39,252 nucleotides of DNA. It comes from an uncultured Acidimicrobiales bacterium (GTDB taxonomy: Bacteria; Actinomycetota; Acidimicrobiia; Acidimicrobiales; SHLQ01). Every line of letters starts with the position of its first letter. Position 1 is the first letter of the stretch. Location of the stretch: the NCBI GenBank assembly GCA_937969565.1, contig CALBVR010000185.1, positions 1 through 39,252 of the forward strand, in the 5' to 3' direction. Of this stretch, positions 1 through 8,606 are shown piece after piece. A program made the translations under genes and the position numbers. The notes beneath the pieces were generated by a model, which saw only the letters and a program-made list of their open reading frames with translations, was not told where the DNA came from and did no database searches.

Positions 1-1054
1 GCGTGAACTGGCTCGACAGCGCGTAGACGAGGTGCAGCGTGAATCGGGCAAACGCCGCCACCGAACCGGAGATGTCGGCGACCACCATGATCTCCGGCTT
101 TTTCGGCCGCGGGTTCTTGAACTTCGGCTCCGCCGGAACGCCGCCGTAGGAAAGCGACGTACGGATCGTGTGGCGAAAATCGAGCGGACCCTTGCGACCC
201 CGGCGACGCTTGCGAGCCAGACGCACCGCCAGCTTGCGGGTGAGCGGGTAGATGGCCTTGCGCAGGTTGGCCATCTCTTCCCGGCTGGCGTGCATGAAGT
301 CCACGTCTTCCGGAAGCGGCTTTCGCAGGGTCTTCGCCATCGCTTCGACGCCACGGTCGGCCACGAGACGACGACGGATCTCCGCCTCGATCTCCTTCTT
401 CAACGCGTCGATGCGGTCCTTGTACTCGTCGCGCTGCAGCCGCTGCTCGAACTGGGACATGTCCTCTTCGGACTCGTCCTGTTGCTGTTGCATCAGCTTT
501 TCGAGCACGCCGTCGAGGTCGAGGTTCCGCAGCGTTCGATACAGGTAGTAGGTGCCGCCAACCGGCCGACCCGGTTCCATGCCGGCGTAGCGACGCACCG
601 ATTCGCGGGCCATCGACCGCATCATGTTGGCGTCGCCGTTCATGAGTGCGTTGTAGAGCATCTCGGCGAGCTCTTCGGGCGTCATCCCCTTGTTGGAGCC
701 ACCCTGCCCCTCGTTGCCCTCGCCGCCCTGACCACGGTTCGCACCGTCTTCGTCCTCGTCGTCCTCGAACGGGTCGTCGGTCAGTTCCGAATCGAGCACG
801 TACTCCTCACCGCGAAGCGAGAAGTAGACGTCGAAGACGATCTCAAAGGCCTTCCAATGCGAATTGTTCTTCACCAGGGTGGCGGCAAGCGCGTACTTGA
901 GCGCCACCCGATCCTCGAGCGGAATGTGCTGCACGGCCTCCATCGCGTCGAGGTTCTCCGTGAGGCTGACCGGAAGGCCAGCGTTACGGAGCTCGACGAT
1001 GAACCCGGTGAGCAGGTCGAGGAGCGGCGATTCAGCCGCTGTAGGAGTCGGCAT
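1..1054 (-). CDS. vWA domain protein, CoxE-like (3' end runs off the window)
   Basis: Not in the ORF track because it has no stop in the window. Manual minus-strand translation from ATG 1054 gives MPTPTAAESPLLDLLTGFIVELRNAGLPVSLTENLDAM...GPLDFRHTIRTSLSYGGVPAEPKF...IMVVADISGSVAAFARF. DxSGS MIDAS motif present; overlaps the end of the MoxR ATPase gene. Confidence 0.88.
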   Translation of the reverse strand, partial: MPTPTAAESPLLDLLTGFIVELRNAGLPVSLTENLDAMEAVQHIPLEDRVALKYALAATLVKNNSHWKAFEIVFDVYFSLRGEEYVLDSELTDDPFEDDEDEDGANRGQGGEGNEGQGGSNKGMTPEELAEMLYNALMNGDANMMRSMARESVRRYAGMEPGRPVGGTYYLYRTLRNLDLDGVLEKLMQQQQDESEEDMSQFEQRLQRDEYKDRIDALKKEIEAEIRRRLVADRGVEAMAKTLRKPLPEDVDFMHASREEMANLRKAIYPLTRKLAVRLARKRRRGRKGPLDFRHTIRTSLSYGGVPAEPKFKNPRPKKPEIMVVADISGSVAAFARFTLHLVYALSSQFT

Positions 1055-1916
1055 TCGCGTTCATGTCCTTCACGGCCTTCTCGATGTCGGTCCGGTACTT
1101 GAGGAGGATGTTGACGGTGTCGGTCGCGGTTTCCGCATCGATCTGGTCGATGCCCAACAGCACGAGCGTGCGGGCCCAGTCGATCGTCTCCGACACCGAT
1201 GGGTGCTTCTTCAGCTCCAGCTGACGGATCGAACGCACGACGCGGGCGACCTGGTTGGCGAGATGCTCGGTGATGCCGGGCACGCGGGTCAGCACGATCT
1301 CCTTCTCGCGATCCATGTCCGGATAGTCGAGGTGGAGGTAGAGGCAGCGGCGCTTGAGCGCTTCCGACAGTTCCCGGGTGTTGTTCGACGTGAGGAACAC
1401 CAGCGGAATCTGCTTGGCGGTGACCGTGCCGAGCTCGGGGATCGACACCTGGTACTCGGAGAGGATCTCCAGGAGCAGCGCCTCGGTCTCGATCTCCACG
1501 CGGTCGACCTCGTCGATCAGGAGCACGACCGGGTCATCGGCACGAATCGCTTCGAGCAACGGACGGGTGAGGAGGAACTCGTCGGAGAAGATGTCGTCCT
1601 CGAGCTCACTCCAATCCGACTCGCCGCTGCGATCGGCCTGGATGCGAAGCAGCTGCTTCTTGTAGTTCCACTCGTACAGCGCCTTGGCCTCGTCCAGCCC
1701 TTCGTAGCACTGGAGACGAATGAGGCGGGCTCCGCTCATCTCGGCAACGGACTTGGCGAGCTGCGTCTTGCCCGTGCCGGCCGGCCCCTCGATGAGAATC
1801 GGCTTCTCGAGCCGATCCGCCAGGTGCACGATGCCCGCAATGGCATCGTCGGCCAGGTAGTCGACGGACGACAGCTTGTCGCGAACGTCGCCGACACTTT
1901 CAAAGCGATGATCCAT
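1032..1916 (-). CDS. MoxR-family AAA+ ATPase (CoxD-like)
   Basis: Walker A GPAGTGKT, RLQCYEGLD, Walker B LLIDEVD, LTSNNTRELSEALKRRC; paired with the downstream vWA gene. Confidence 0.93.
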   Translation of the reverse strand: MDHRFESVGDVRDKLSSVDYLADDAIAGIVHLADRLEKPILIEGPAGTGKTQLAKSVAEMSGARLIRLQCYEGLDEAKALYEWNYKKQLLRIQADRSGESDWSELEDDIFSDEFLLTRPLLEAIRADDPVVLLIDEVDRVEIETEALLLEILSEYQVSIPELGTVTAKQIPLVFLTSNNTRELSEALKRRCLYLHLDYPDMDREKEIVLTRVPGITEHLANQVARVVRSIRQLELKKHPSVSETIDWARTLVLLGIDQIDAETATDTVNILLKYRTDIEKAVKDMNANADSYSG

Positions 1917-1968
1917 GGGTGCAGGGTATCGGGTCGATCTACCGCCCAGTAACTTCAGCGGGCATCGC

Positions 1969-3465
1969 TCACCGCCGCAGGTTGGGGTCTTCCTGTGTCA
2001 CGCGGGTTCGCACCGTGAAGACCGAGTCGCCCGACAGCACGCCGCCACGGCCGAACAGTCGACCGAACTCCCAGTTCGACAGGCCGAGCTCGGGCCGGTT
2101 GAGCGCGTACTGCCCGTCGACCCAGCGAGTGAATCCGTCGCCGACGAACGGCGCATCGACGGTGGCGAAGAACGAGTCGATCTCGCTTGCCGTCTCGGAC
2201 ACGATCGACGCCGTGAATCGGGGTGAGAGGTCGTTGAAGAGCCGCACCGCATGGTCCATGTCGTCGACGATCGCGAGCGTGACCTCGGGCGAGTCCTCCC
2301 ACTCCCATTCGTTGCCGAGATCGTCCCAGCCGAGCGTGCTCGTGCGCGGTTCAGCGACCACGCCCTCAGCCCGACCGATGCCGGCCGTTTCGAACCACTG
2401 CTCGGGGATGTGGGCGGTCTGCTCGGCAAGGACATGCAGCTTCGGCTCGGCGTTGCGACGCTCACCGGCGGCGGCGAGGCCATCCAGGAACCGTGGGACG
2501 AGCTCGGCGGCGCGACTTGCCGGGATGCAGCACGTGTTGAGCGTGTTGCAGACCTTCCGGTCGAGACTGTTGGTGACCACCGCTTCGAAGCGTTCAGGAT
2601 CTGCGGTTTCACCGGCCACGATCCACGCGCCGCCCGTGCCATGCAGGCTCACGGAAAGACCGGCCTGGCGAGCCACGGCACCCAGCTGGGCAACAGCCGG
2701 ACCGCTCCCTCGGGCCACGGCAAGGGCCAGCCGCTCGTCGGAGAACATCGCATGACCGGCAGCCCGCGACGGCGAGTCGACGAGGCTGGCTGCGCCATCA
2801 GGCAGCCCGGCTTCGGCCAACGCCGGATCGAGCGCGTGCTCGACGATGGCACGAGCCGTGCCCAACGCGTCGGAACCGATGCGGAAGACCACCGTGTTGC
2901 CGCTTCGCAACACGCCCGTGGCGTCCGCGAAGACATTTGGGCGACCCTCGAAGACGAATCCGACGACGCCGAGCCCACTGCGGATCTGATCCACCCGCCA
3001 ACCGTCGTGTTGCTGTGAGTCGACGATCTGGCCCCGGCCGGACGGCTGGTGGGCCCATCCCTCGAGGCCGGCAATCATGTCCGAGCGCATCTTGTCGGTG
3101 AGCTCCAGCCGCGTCGTGCTGCGGCCGCGCTCCCGGGCGGCGGCGATGTCCGCCTCGTTCGCTGCGGCAATCGCGGCGAAGGACGCATCGCTGGCCAGCC
3201 GCTGCGCAAACGCCTGGTAGAACGCGGAGATCGACGCATCCGACACGCTGCCCATCGCGGAGAAGGCGGTCGACGCCCGGCCGACCGCGTCTTGAGCGAC
3301 CGTCCAGTCAGCCGATGGGATGTGGATGAGGTCTCCCGTGGTCTGCACCACCACCAGATGGTCGCCCGGCGCAAAGGCCGAGGCGAGATCTTCAGAGACG
3401 GTGGCAACCCGGTTGCCGCCGTACACGATCGGCATGCCCGCAGTCAGCTCGTTCAGCTCACTCAT
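1969..3465 (-). CDS. proA: Gamma-glutamyl phosphate reductase-like (divergent ProA, ALDH superfamily)
   Basis: GVVGFVFEGRPNVFADA, LRSGNTVVFRIG, catalytic Cys in KVCNTLN, FTRWVDG. Start placed at ATG 3465 (alternative 3471); the upstream part of the track ORF is antisense to murJ. Confidence 0.8.
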   Translation of the reverse strand: MSELNELTAGMPIVYGGNRVATVSEDLASAFAPGDHLVVVQTTGDLIHIPSADWTVAQDAVGRASTAFSAMGSVSDASISAFYQAFAQRLASDASFAAIAAANEADIAAARERGRSTTRLELTDKMRSDMIAGLEGWAHQPSGRGQIVDSQQHDGWRVDQIRSGLGVVGFVFEGRPNVFADATGVLRSGNTVVFRIGSDALGTARAIVEHALDPALAEAGLPDGAASLVDSPSRAAGHAMFSDERLALAVARGSGPAVAQLGAVARQAGLSVSLHGTGGAWIVAGETADPERFEAVVTNSLDRKVCNTLNTCCIPASRAAELVPRFLDGLAAAGERRNAEPKLHVLAEQTAHIPEQWFETAGIGRAEGVVAEPRTSTLGWDDLGNEWEWEDSPEVTLAIVDDMDHAVRLFNDLSPRFTASIVSETASEIDSFFATVDAPFVGDGFTRWVDGQYALNRPELGLSNWEFGRLFGRGGVLSGDSVFTVRTRVTQEDPNLRR

Positions 3466-3473
3466 GGCCATGC

Positions 3474-3503
3474 ACGGTAGTGGGTCCACAACCCAACTAG
3501 CGT
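3474..3503. promoter_or_regulatory. Back-to-back -10 boxes of divergent, apparently leaderless proA and murJ
   Basis: Minus-strand TACCGT (3474-3479) 8 nt before ATG 3465; plus-strand TAGCGT (3498-3503) 7 nt before ATG 3511. Confidence 0.55.
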
Positions 3504-3510
3504 GGCCGGA

Positions 3511-5181
3511 ATGACAGAAAAGGGGCGGTCCGGTCGCTCTGCCTCGGCGCTTGTCGCGCTCGGCATCATGTTCTCCCGGGTCTCCGGGCTGGTCCGTGAG
3601 GCCGTCTTCGGCGCATTTCTCGGCGTCGGCGGTGCCGCAGACGCCTTCACGATGGCCACGCGTGTCCCCAACGTGCTGCAGATGCTGCTGGGTGAGGGAA
3701 CCCTTTCCGCCTCGTTCATTCCCGTCTACTCGTCCGAACTCGAACGGGACGAGGAGGAAGCAGGCCGTATCGCCGGTGCTGTCGCAGCGCTGCTGGCCCT
3801 CGTCGCCGCCACCATCGTCATCTTCAGCTGGATCTTCGCCCCACAGATCGCCGGCATCATGGGACGAGGATTCACCGATGAGGGTCGGGCGCTCACCACG
3901 ACGCTCATGCGCATCATCTTCCCGTCTGCGGGCATGCTCGTGCTCTCCGCCTGGTGCCTTGGGATTCTCAACAGCCATCGCCAGTTCTTCCTGTCCTACG
4001 TGGCTCCGGTGCTCTGGAACATCGCGCAGATCGGGGCCGTGGTCGGCGCGGCGCTGTTCTTCGGGGTGGCAGACGTGGCCGACGGCGTGGATCTCTCCGA
4101 CCCGGACGCAAATGTCGGCGCGCTCGGCGACATCGCCACGGTTGCGGCGTGGGGCTTCTTCGTCGGTTCGGCGCTGCAGTTCCTCGTGCAGGTGCCCAAC
4201 GTTCGCAAGCTCACCACCGGGCTCAAGATCCGGCTCGATCTCAAGCGCAAGGGTCTCCGCCAGGTCGTAAGCCGCTTCGGCGGTGCCGTCCTCGGCCGCG
4301 GTGTCATCCAGATCTCTGCGCTGATGGACACCTTCCTGGCCGGCCTGCTCGTCACTGGAGCGGTCACTGCGCTCGGCAAGGCCCAAGTGCTCTACATCCT
4401 GCCGATCAGCCTCTTTGCCGTGAGCATCGCTGCCGCTGAACTCCCGGTGTTGTCCCGGCTCACCGACCTCGACGAGATCCGCGACCGGGCCCAGGCCGGC
4501 TTCCAACGCATCACCTTCTTCGTCGCGTTCACCTCGCTCGCCTACATCCTCCTCGGCGACAAGATCGTCGGCACGCTCTACGAGCGAGGGCAGTTCAACA
4601 GCGACGACACGCTGCTCATCTGGTTCGCGCTCGGCGCCTACGCCCTCGGCCTGCTGCCGTCTGCGCTCTCCCGCCTGTCGCAGAATGCGCTCTGGTCGCA
4701 GGGCGACACCGCCGGACCCGCCCGGGTGGCCCTCGTCCGCGTGATCATCGCCATCGCCATCGCCGCCGGCGTCATGCGCTGGTTCGACCAGATCGGCACC
4801 GCCGACATCCGAGACGCCCTGCCCACCCTGTACGACCGGGGGGAGCTCAACACCGAGCTCCGCATCGGCGCCGCCGGCATCACCTTCGGCTCGGCTGTCG
4901 CCGCATGGGTCGAGGCGATCCTCCTCTGGTTCATGGCGCGCGACGCTGTGCCGGGCATCTCGCCGCTACGGCCACTCAAGCCGCTGCTGCCCTCGATCGC
5001 CGCTGCCGCGGTCGTCGCCATCCTCTTCCGGTTCGGCACCGATGACCTCTGGCCACCGCTCGCCGCACTGCTCTCGGTCGGGTTCGCCGGCCTCGCCTAC
5101 GTCGGCGTGGCCTGGCTCCGAGGCGTCGAGGAAACGAACCTCGTGCTCGTCGGCCCGCTCAAGCGTTACAGAATCCAGTAG
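3511..5181 (+). CDS. murJ: Lipid II flippase MurJ (MviN)
   Basis: SRVSGLVRE, ADAFTMATRVPNVLQMLLGEGTLSASFIPVY, YERGQF; many hydrophobic TM segments. Confidence 0.93.
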   Translation: MTEKGRSGRSASALVALGIMFSRVSGLVREAVFGAFLGVGGAADAFTMATRVPNVLQMLLGEGTLSASFIPVYSSELERDEEEAGRIAGAVAALLALVAATIVIFSWIFAPQIAGIMGRGFTDEGRALTTTLMRIIFPSAGMLVLSAWCLGILNSHRQFFLSYVAPVLWNIAQIGAVVGAALFFGVADVADGVDLSDPDANVGALGDIATVAAWGFFVGSALQFLVQVPNVRKLTTGLKIRLDLKRKGLRQVVSRFGGAVLGRGVIQISALMDTFLAGLLVTGAVTALGKAQVLYILPISLFAVSIAAAELPVLSRLTDLDEIRDRAQAGFQRITFFVAFTSLAYILLGDKIVGTLYERGQFNSDDTLLIWFALGAYALGLLPSALSRLSQNALWSQGDTAGPARVALVRVIIAIAIAAGVMRWFDQIGTADIRDALPTLYDRGELNTELRIGAAGITFGSAVAAWVEAILLWFMARDAVPGISPLRPLKPLLPSIAAAAVVAILFRFGTDDLWPPLAALLSVGFAGLAYVGVAWLRGVEETNLVLVGPLKRYRIQ

Positions 5182-5233
5182 GACCACCCGAGAAACCACG
5201 ACACAAGGGCAATTCGGGAACTACGATTCGGAC

Positions 5234-6022
5234 ATGATCAATACGCTCCGGAAGTGGTGGAAGTACCTGACAGCTCGCGCAGATGCCGAGTTCGACAAGA
5301 ACGCCGACCCGAAGATTCAGCTCGAGCAGGCCATCCGGGACGCCAAGGAGCAGCACCAGCGTCTGAAGGAACAGGCCGCCAACGTCATTGCGCACCAGAA
5401 GCAGACCGAAATGCGCCTCGACAAGGCCATGGTCGAGATGGAAAAGCTCACCTCGAACGCCCGTCAGGCCGTGATGATGGCCGACGAGGCCGTCCAACGA
5501 GGCGACGAGACCAAAGCAATCGAATACACGAACGCCGCGGAAGCATTCGCCCAGCGCCTGATCGCCGTCGAGACCGAGGTCGAGGACCTGAAGGCCCTCC
5601 ACCTGCAGGCCACCGAATCTGCGAACGAGGCAAAGAACGCCGTCAACCAGAACTCGGCGTCGTTGCAGACCAAACTGGCCGAACGCCAGAAGCTCCTCAG
5701 CCAGCTCGACCAGGCCAAGATGAAGGAGCAGATGAACGACGCGATGAGCTCGCTCGGCGAGACCGTCGGTCGAGACACTCCATCGCTCGACGAGGTCCGC
5801 TCCAAGATCGAGGGTCGTCTGGCCAAGGCCCAGGCCGCCGGCGACCTCGCCGACTCCTCCATGGAAGGCCGCATGGCCGAGATCGAGGCCGCGTCGCGCA
5901 ACGTGCAGGCGAAGGCCCGCCTCGAGGAGCTGAAGAGCCAGCTGGGTGTCGGTTCCACCGAGACCGCTGCGCCGACCACGGCCCCCGAGACCGGCGGCAC
6001 CACCGCCACGGCCGGGGGCTGA
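5234..6022 (+). CDS. pspA: PspA/IM30 family protein (Rv2744c-type, full length)
   Basis: MINTLRKWWKYLTA...ADPKIQLEQAI...TPSLDEVRSKIEGR...ARLEELK; long coiled coil with an N-terminal amphipathic helix. Confidence 0.9.
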   Translation: MINTLRKWWKYLTARADAEFDKNADPKIQLEQAIRDAKEQHQRLKEQAANVIAHQKQTEMRLDKAMVEMEKLTSNARQAVMMADEAVQRGDETKAIEYTNAAEAFAQRLIAVETEVEDLKALHLQATESANEAKNAVNQNSASLQTKLAERQKLLSQLDQAKMKEQMNDAMSSLGETVGRDTPSLDEVRSKIEGRLAKAQAAGDLADSSMEGRMAEIEAASRNVQAKARLEELKSQLGVGSTETAAPTTAPETGGTTATAGG

Positions 6023-6029
6023 AACCACG

Positions 6030-6680
6030 ATGACCCCGGAGCAGGCGAAGGCGCTGCGCGAGTCCGCCACCAACATCATCGCCCACGAGAAGAGCCTCGA
6101 GAACGACAAGGCGAAGCTCGAGGCCGAACTGGAGAAGGTGTCGCGCAACGCCCGCCAGGCCGTCATGATGGCCGAGGAGGCCACGCAAGCCGGCGAGGCC
6201 GACAAGGCTGCGGCGTTCGGTGAGTCGGCCGAGGCGCTCGCCACGCACATCGTGGGCATCGAGCAGCAGATCGCCGCCATCGACATCGAACTCATCGAAG
6301 CCCGTCAGGCCTCGGAAGAAGCGAAGTCGATGGCGTCCGACTCTGCGCTCAAGACGGCGCAGATGCAGGCCAAGGGCGCCGAGGTCCGAGCCGAGTTCGA
6401 AGCAGCCAAGATGACCGAGGCCAGCCTCGACACCACCGGCACACCGTCGTACGACGAGGTGAAGGGCAAAATCAACGATCAGCTGGCCCGGGCCGAAGCC
6501 GAAGCCGAACTGGCCGAAGCCGACGGGGTGTCCGCTGTGTCCTCCGCAACCGCGATGGTCGAGAAGGCCGCGCTGGACGCAAAGGCGGCCGCACGGTTGG
6601 CCGAGATCAAATCCTCGATGGGCATCGCCTCGCCGGAGCCGACGGAGGACGCAATGGACGAGGAGCCCGACGAGGCGTAA
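6030..6680 (+). CDS. Second PspA/IM30-like paralog lacking the N-terminal ~36 aa
   Basis: Colinear with the upstream PspA: NIIAHEK/NVIAHQK, NARQAVMMAEEA/NARQAVMMADEA, TPSYDEVKGKI/TPSLDEVRSKI, ARLAEIK/ARLEELK. Confidence 0.85.
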   Translation: MTPEQAKALRESATNIIAHEKSLENDKAKLEAELEKVSRNARQAVMMAEEATQAGEADKAAAFGESAEALATHIVGIEQQIAAIDIELIEARQASEEAKSMASDSALKTAQMQAKGAEVRAEFEAAKMTEASLDTTGTPSYDEVKGKINDQLARAEAEAELAEADGVSAVSSATAMVEKAALDAKAAARLAEIKSSMGIASPEPTEDAMDEEPDEA

Positions 6681-6694
6681 TACTACGCTCTGTG

Positions 6695-7543
6695 GTGGAG
6701 CGGCCTCATCGAACCTTCGGACGTGCACGTAGCGCATGCATATTCGCGTTCGCGTTCCTGTTCGGTGGTTTCTCACCGGCTGCCGCCCAGAACGATGACA
6801 CCGGCGTCGTCGTCGACGGCAGCCAAGCGCAAGTCACCGTCGTCGCCAGCGGCGAGATCACCCTCGGGCCTCCGGCACCCGGCAGCGTGCCCGACTGGCC
6901 CTATGTGTGCGTGTGGGCGGAGGCGTTCGCCGACACCGAGGTGATCCTCGGCCGCACAATCCGACCGATCCCCGGCCACCGATACTGGCTCGGCTGCACG
7001 CCGACCCGAGACGGCGTTCCCGCCATCGGGCAGTTCGTCGTGTACGACCCGCTCGATCCCGTGCCAGGTGTCGACGCCATCACCTCGATCGAGCTCGCCG
7101 AAGTGGCCCGAGCCGTCCTCGACCCCACTCCCCTGCCCGTGGGCGTCAGCCCGGCAGACCTGCAGATCACCGGCGTCGAGAGCTTCCTGTGGCCGGACGG
7201 GGCGACCGAATCCGTCCAGCAGACCGCATCGGCGAACGGTCTCGCCGTGACCGCGGAAGCCCGCTGGTCCCACACCGTCTTCGACATGGACGAGCCGGGC
7301 GTCGAACCAATCGTGTGCGAGGCGAAGGTCGAGTGGGTTCCGGGAACCGATGCCTCCCCGTGCAGCCACACGTACCTCTCGGAAGGCGAGGGCCGGACGA
7401 TCACCGCAACGAGCCATTGGGACTTCGTCTGGTGGGACAACGCCGCCCAACCGATTCCCGTGTTCGTCGAAACCGTTGTCCTGGTCGAAGAGCTCGTCAT
7501 CGACGTCGTTGACCTTGAAGCCGTGATCACGGCCCGCCGCTGA
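6695..7543 (+). CDS. Secreted hypothetical protein, beta-rich with probable disulfide pairs
   Basis: Signal-peptide-like N-terminus ending SPAAA-Q; Cys pairs (YVC..WLGC; IVC..SPCSHTY). Start GTG 6692 or 6695. Confidence 0.75.
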   Translation: MERPHRTFGRARSACIFAFAFLFGGFSPAAAQNDDTGVVVDGSQAQVTVVASGEITLGPPAPGSVPDWPYVCVWAEAFADTEVILGRTIRPIPGHRYWLGCTPTRDGVPAIGQFVVYDPLDPVPGVDAITSIELAEVARAVLDPTPLPVGVSPADLQITGVESFLWPDGATESVQQTASANGLAVTAEARWSHTVFDMDEPGVEPIVCEAKVEWVPGTDASPCSHTYLSEGEGRTITATSHWDFVWWDNAAQPIPVFVETVVLVEELVIDVVDLEAVITARR

Positions 7544-7544
7544 C

Positions 7545-8606
7545 TCAGGCGAGCACAACCAGATCGTCGACGTGGACCACCACGCCGACATGGTCGGGAA
7601 GATCGGCGCTGCTGACCCGAGCGATGCCCTTGGCGAACACCTCTCCGGTGGGATCGGCCACCTCGATCGGATCGCGCCGGTCGAACTCGCCGACCGCAGC
7701 GACGACGCCGGCAGCGAGCAGCGACCGACCGCCCTGCTCGAGTGCGTTCCGCGCTCCCTCGTCCACCGTGAGCGTCGCGACCGATGGCATGGCGAAACCG
7801 ATCCACACCTTGCGGGCGGAGAGCTTGGTGGGCCGTGGCACGACCGACGTGCCCACACCAGGGGTTCCGGCAACTGCGGCGGAGATCACGTCGGCCCGGT
7901 CCGCCTGGGCAATCACCGTCCGCACGCCGCTCCACGCAGCGATCCGGGCGGCCGTGAGCTTCGACGCCATCCCACCCGAACCGCGGACGGTACCGCTGGC
8001 ACCGGCAACCTCGAGCAGCTGCCGGTCGAATTCGACGATCTCCTCGATGAGCGACGCAGTCGGATCGTGACGGGGATCAGCGGTGAGGACGCCTTCGGTG
8101 TCGGTCAGCAGGACGAGCACTTCGGCAGACACCAACGAGGCGACCAACGCAGCAATACGGTCGTTGTCGCCGAAGCGAATCTCCTCATCGGTCACCGCAT
8201 CGTTCTCGTTCACCACGGGGACCACGTCCAGCTCCAACAGCCGGCTCAGGGTGGCTCGGGCGTGCAGGTACTGCCGACGATCGCCAAAGTTGTGCGGTGC
8301 CAGCAGGATCTGTCCACTGCGCAGTCCGTGCCGCTTGAGCGCAGCCGACCAGGTGCGGTGCAGCACCGGATGCCCAACCGAAGAGGCTGCCTGCAACGTG
8401 ACGGCGTCGCTCGGACGATCGGTGGCGTCCATGCCCAGCTCTGGGAGACCGGCAGCAATCGCCCCGGACGTGACCAGCACGACCCGATGTCCGGCCGAAC
8501 GAAGGTCGGCGACGCCTGCAGCGACGCGCTCGATGGCCTTCTCGTCGATCTGACCGGATGCATCGGTGAGCGACGAGGTGCCGACTTTGACCACCGCAGT
8601 GGTCAC
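7545..8606 (-). CDS. proB: Glutamate 5-kinase with PUA domain
   Basis: VVKVGTSSLT, VTSGAIAAG, NENDAV, FGDNDRIAA, GSGGMASKL; C-terminal PUA region (SLLAAGV); overlaps the obgE stop. Confidence 0.96.
   Translation of the reverse strand: MTTAVVKVGTSSLTDASGQIDEKAIERVAAGVADLRSAGHRVVLVTSGAIAAGLPELGMDATDRPSDAVTLQAASSVGHPVLHRTWSAALKRHGLRSGQILLAPHNFGDRRQYLHARATLSRLLELDVVPVVNENDAVTDEEIRFGDNDRIAALVASLVSAEVLVLLTDTEGVLTADPRHDPTASLIEEIVEFDRQLLEVAGASGTVRGSGGMASKLTAARIAAWSGVRTVIAQADRADVISAAVAGTPGVGTSVVPRPTKLSARKVWIGFAMPSVATLTVDEGARNALEQGGRSLLAAGVVAAVGEFDRRDPIEVADPTGEVFAKGIARVSSADLPDHVGVVVHVDDLVVLA

Noticed and set aside
32-1952. Long plus-strand ORFs 32-1102 and 864-1952, and similar antisense ORFs across the window such as 37357-39234 (-)
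   Set aside because: Stop-poor shadow frames expected from high-GC codon bias opposite well-supported genes.
3472-4506. N-terminal part of the 845-aa proA ORF
   Set aside because: Antisense to murJ with no recognisable motifs; a candidate -10 box lies just upstream of 3465.
5192-6030. GAAACCACGA present upstream of both pspA copies (5192-5201 and 6021-6030)
   Set aside because: A 10-bp match at different distances from the starts, the second overlapping stop and start codons; cannot be distinguished from chance.
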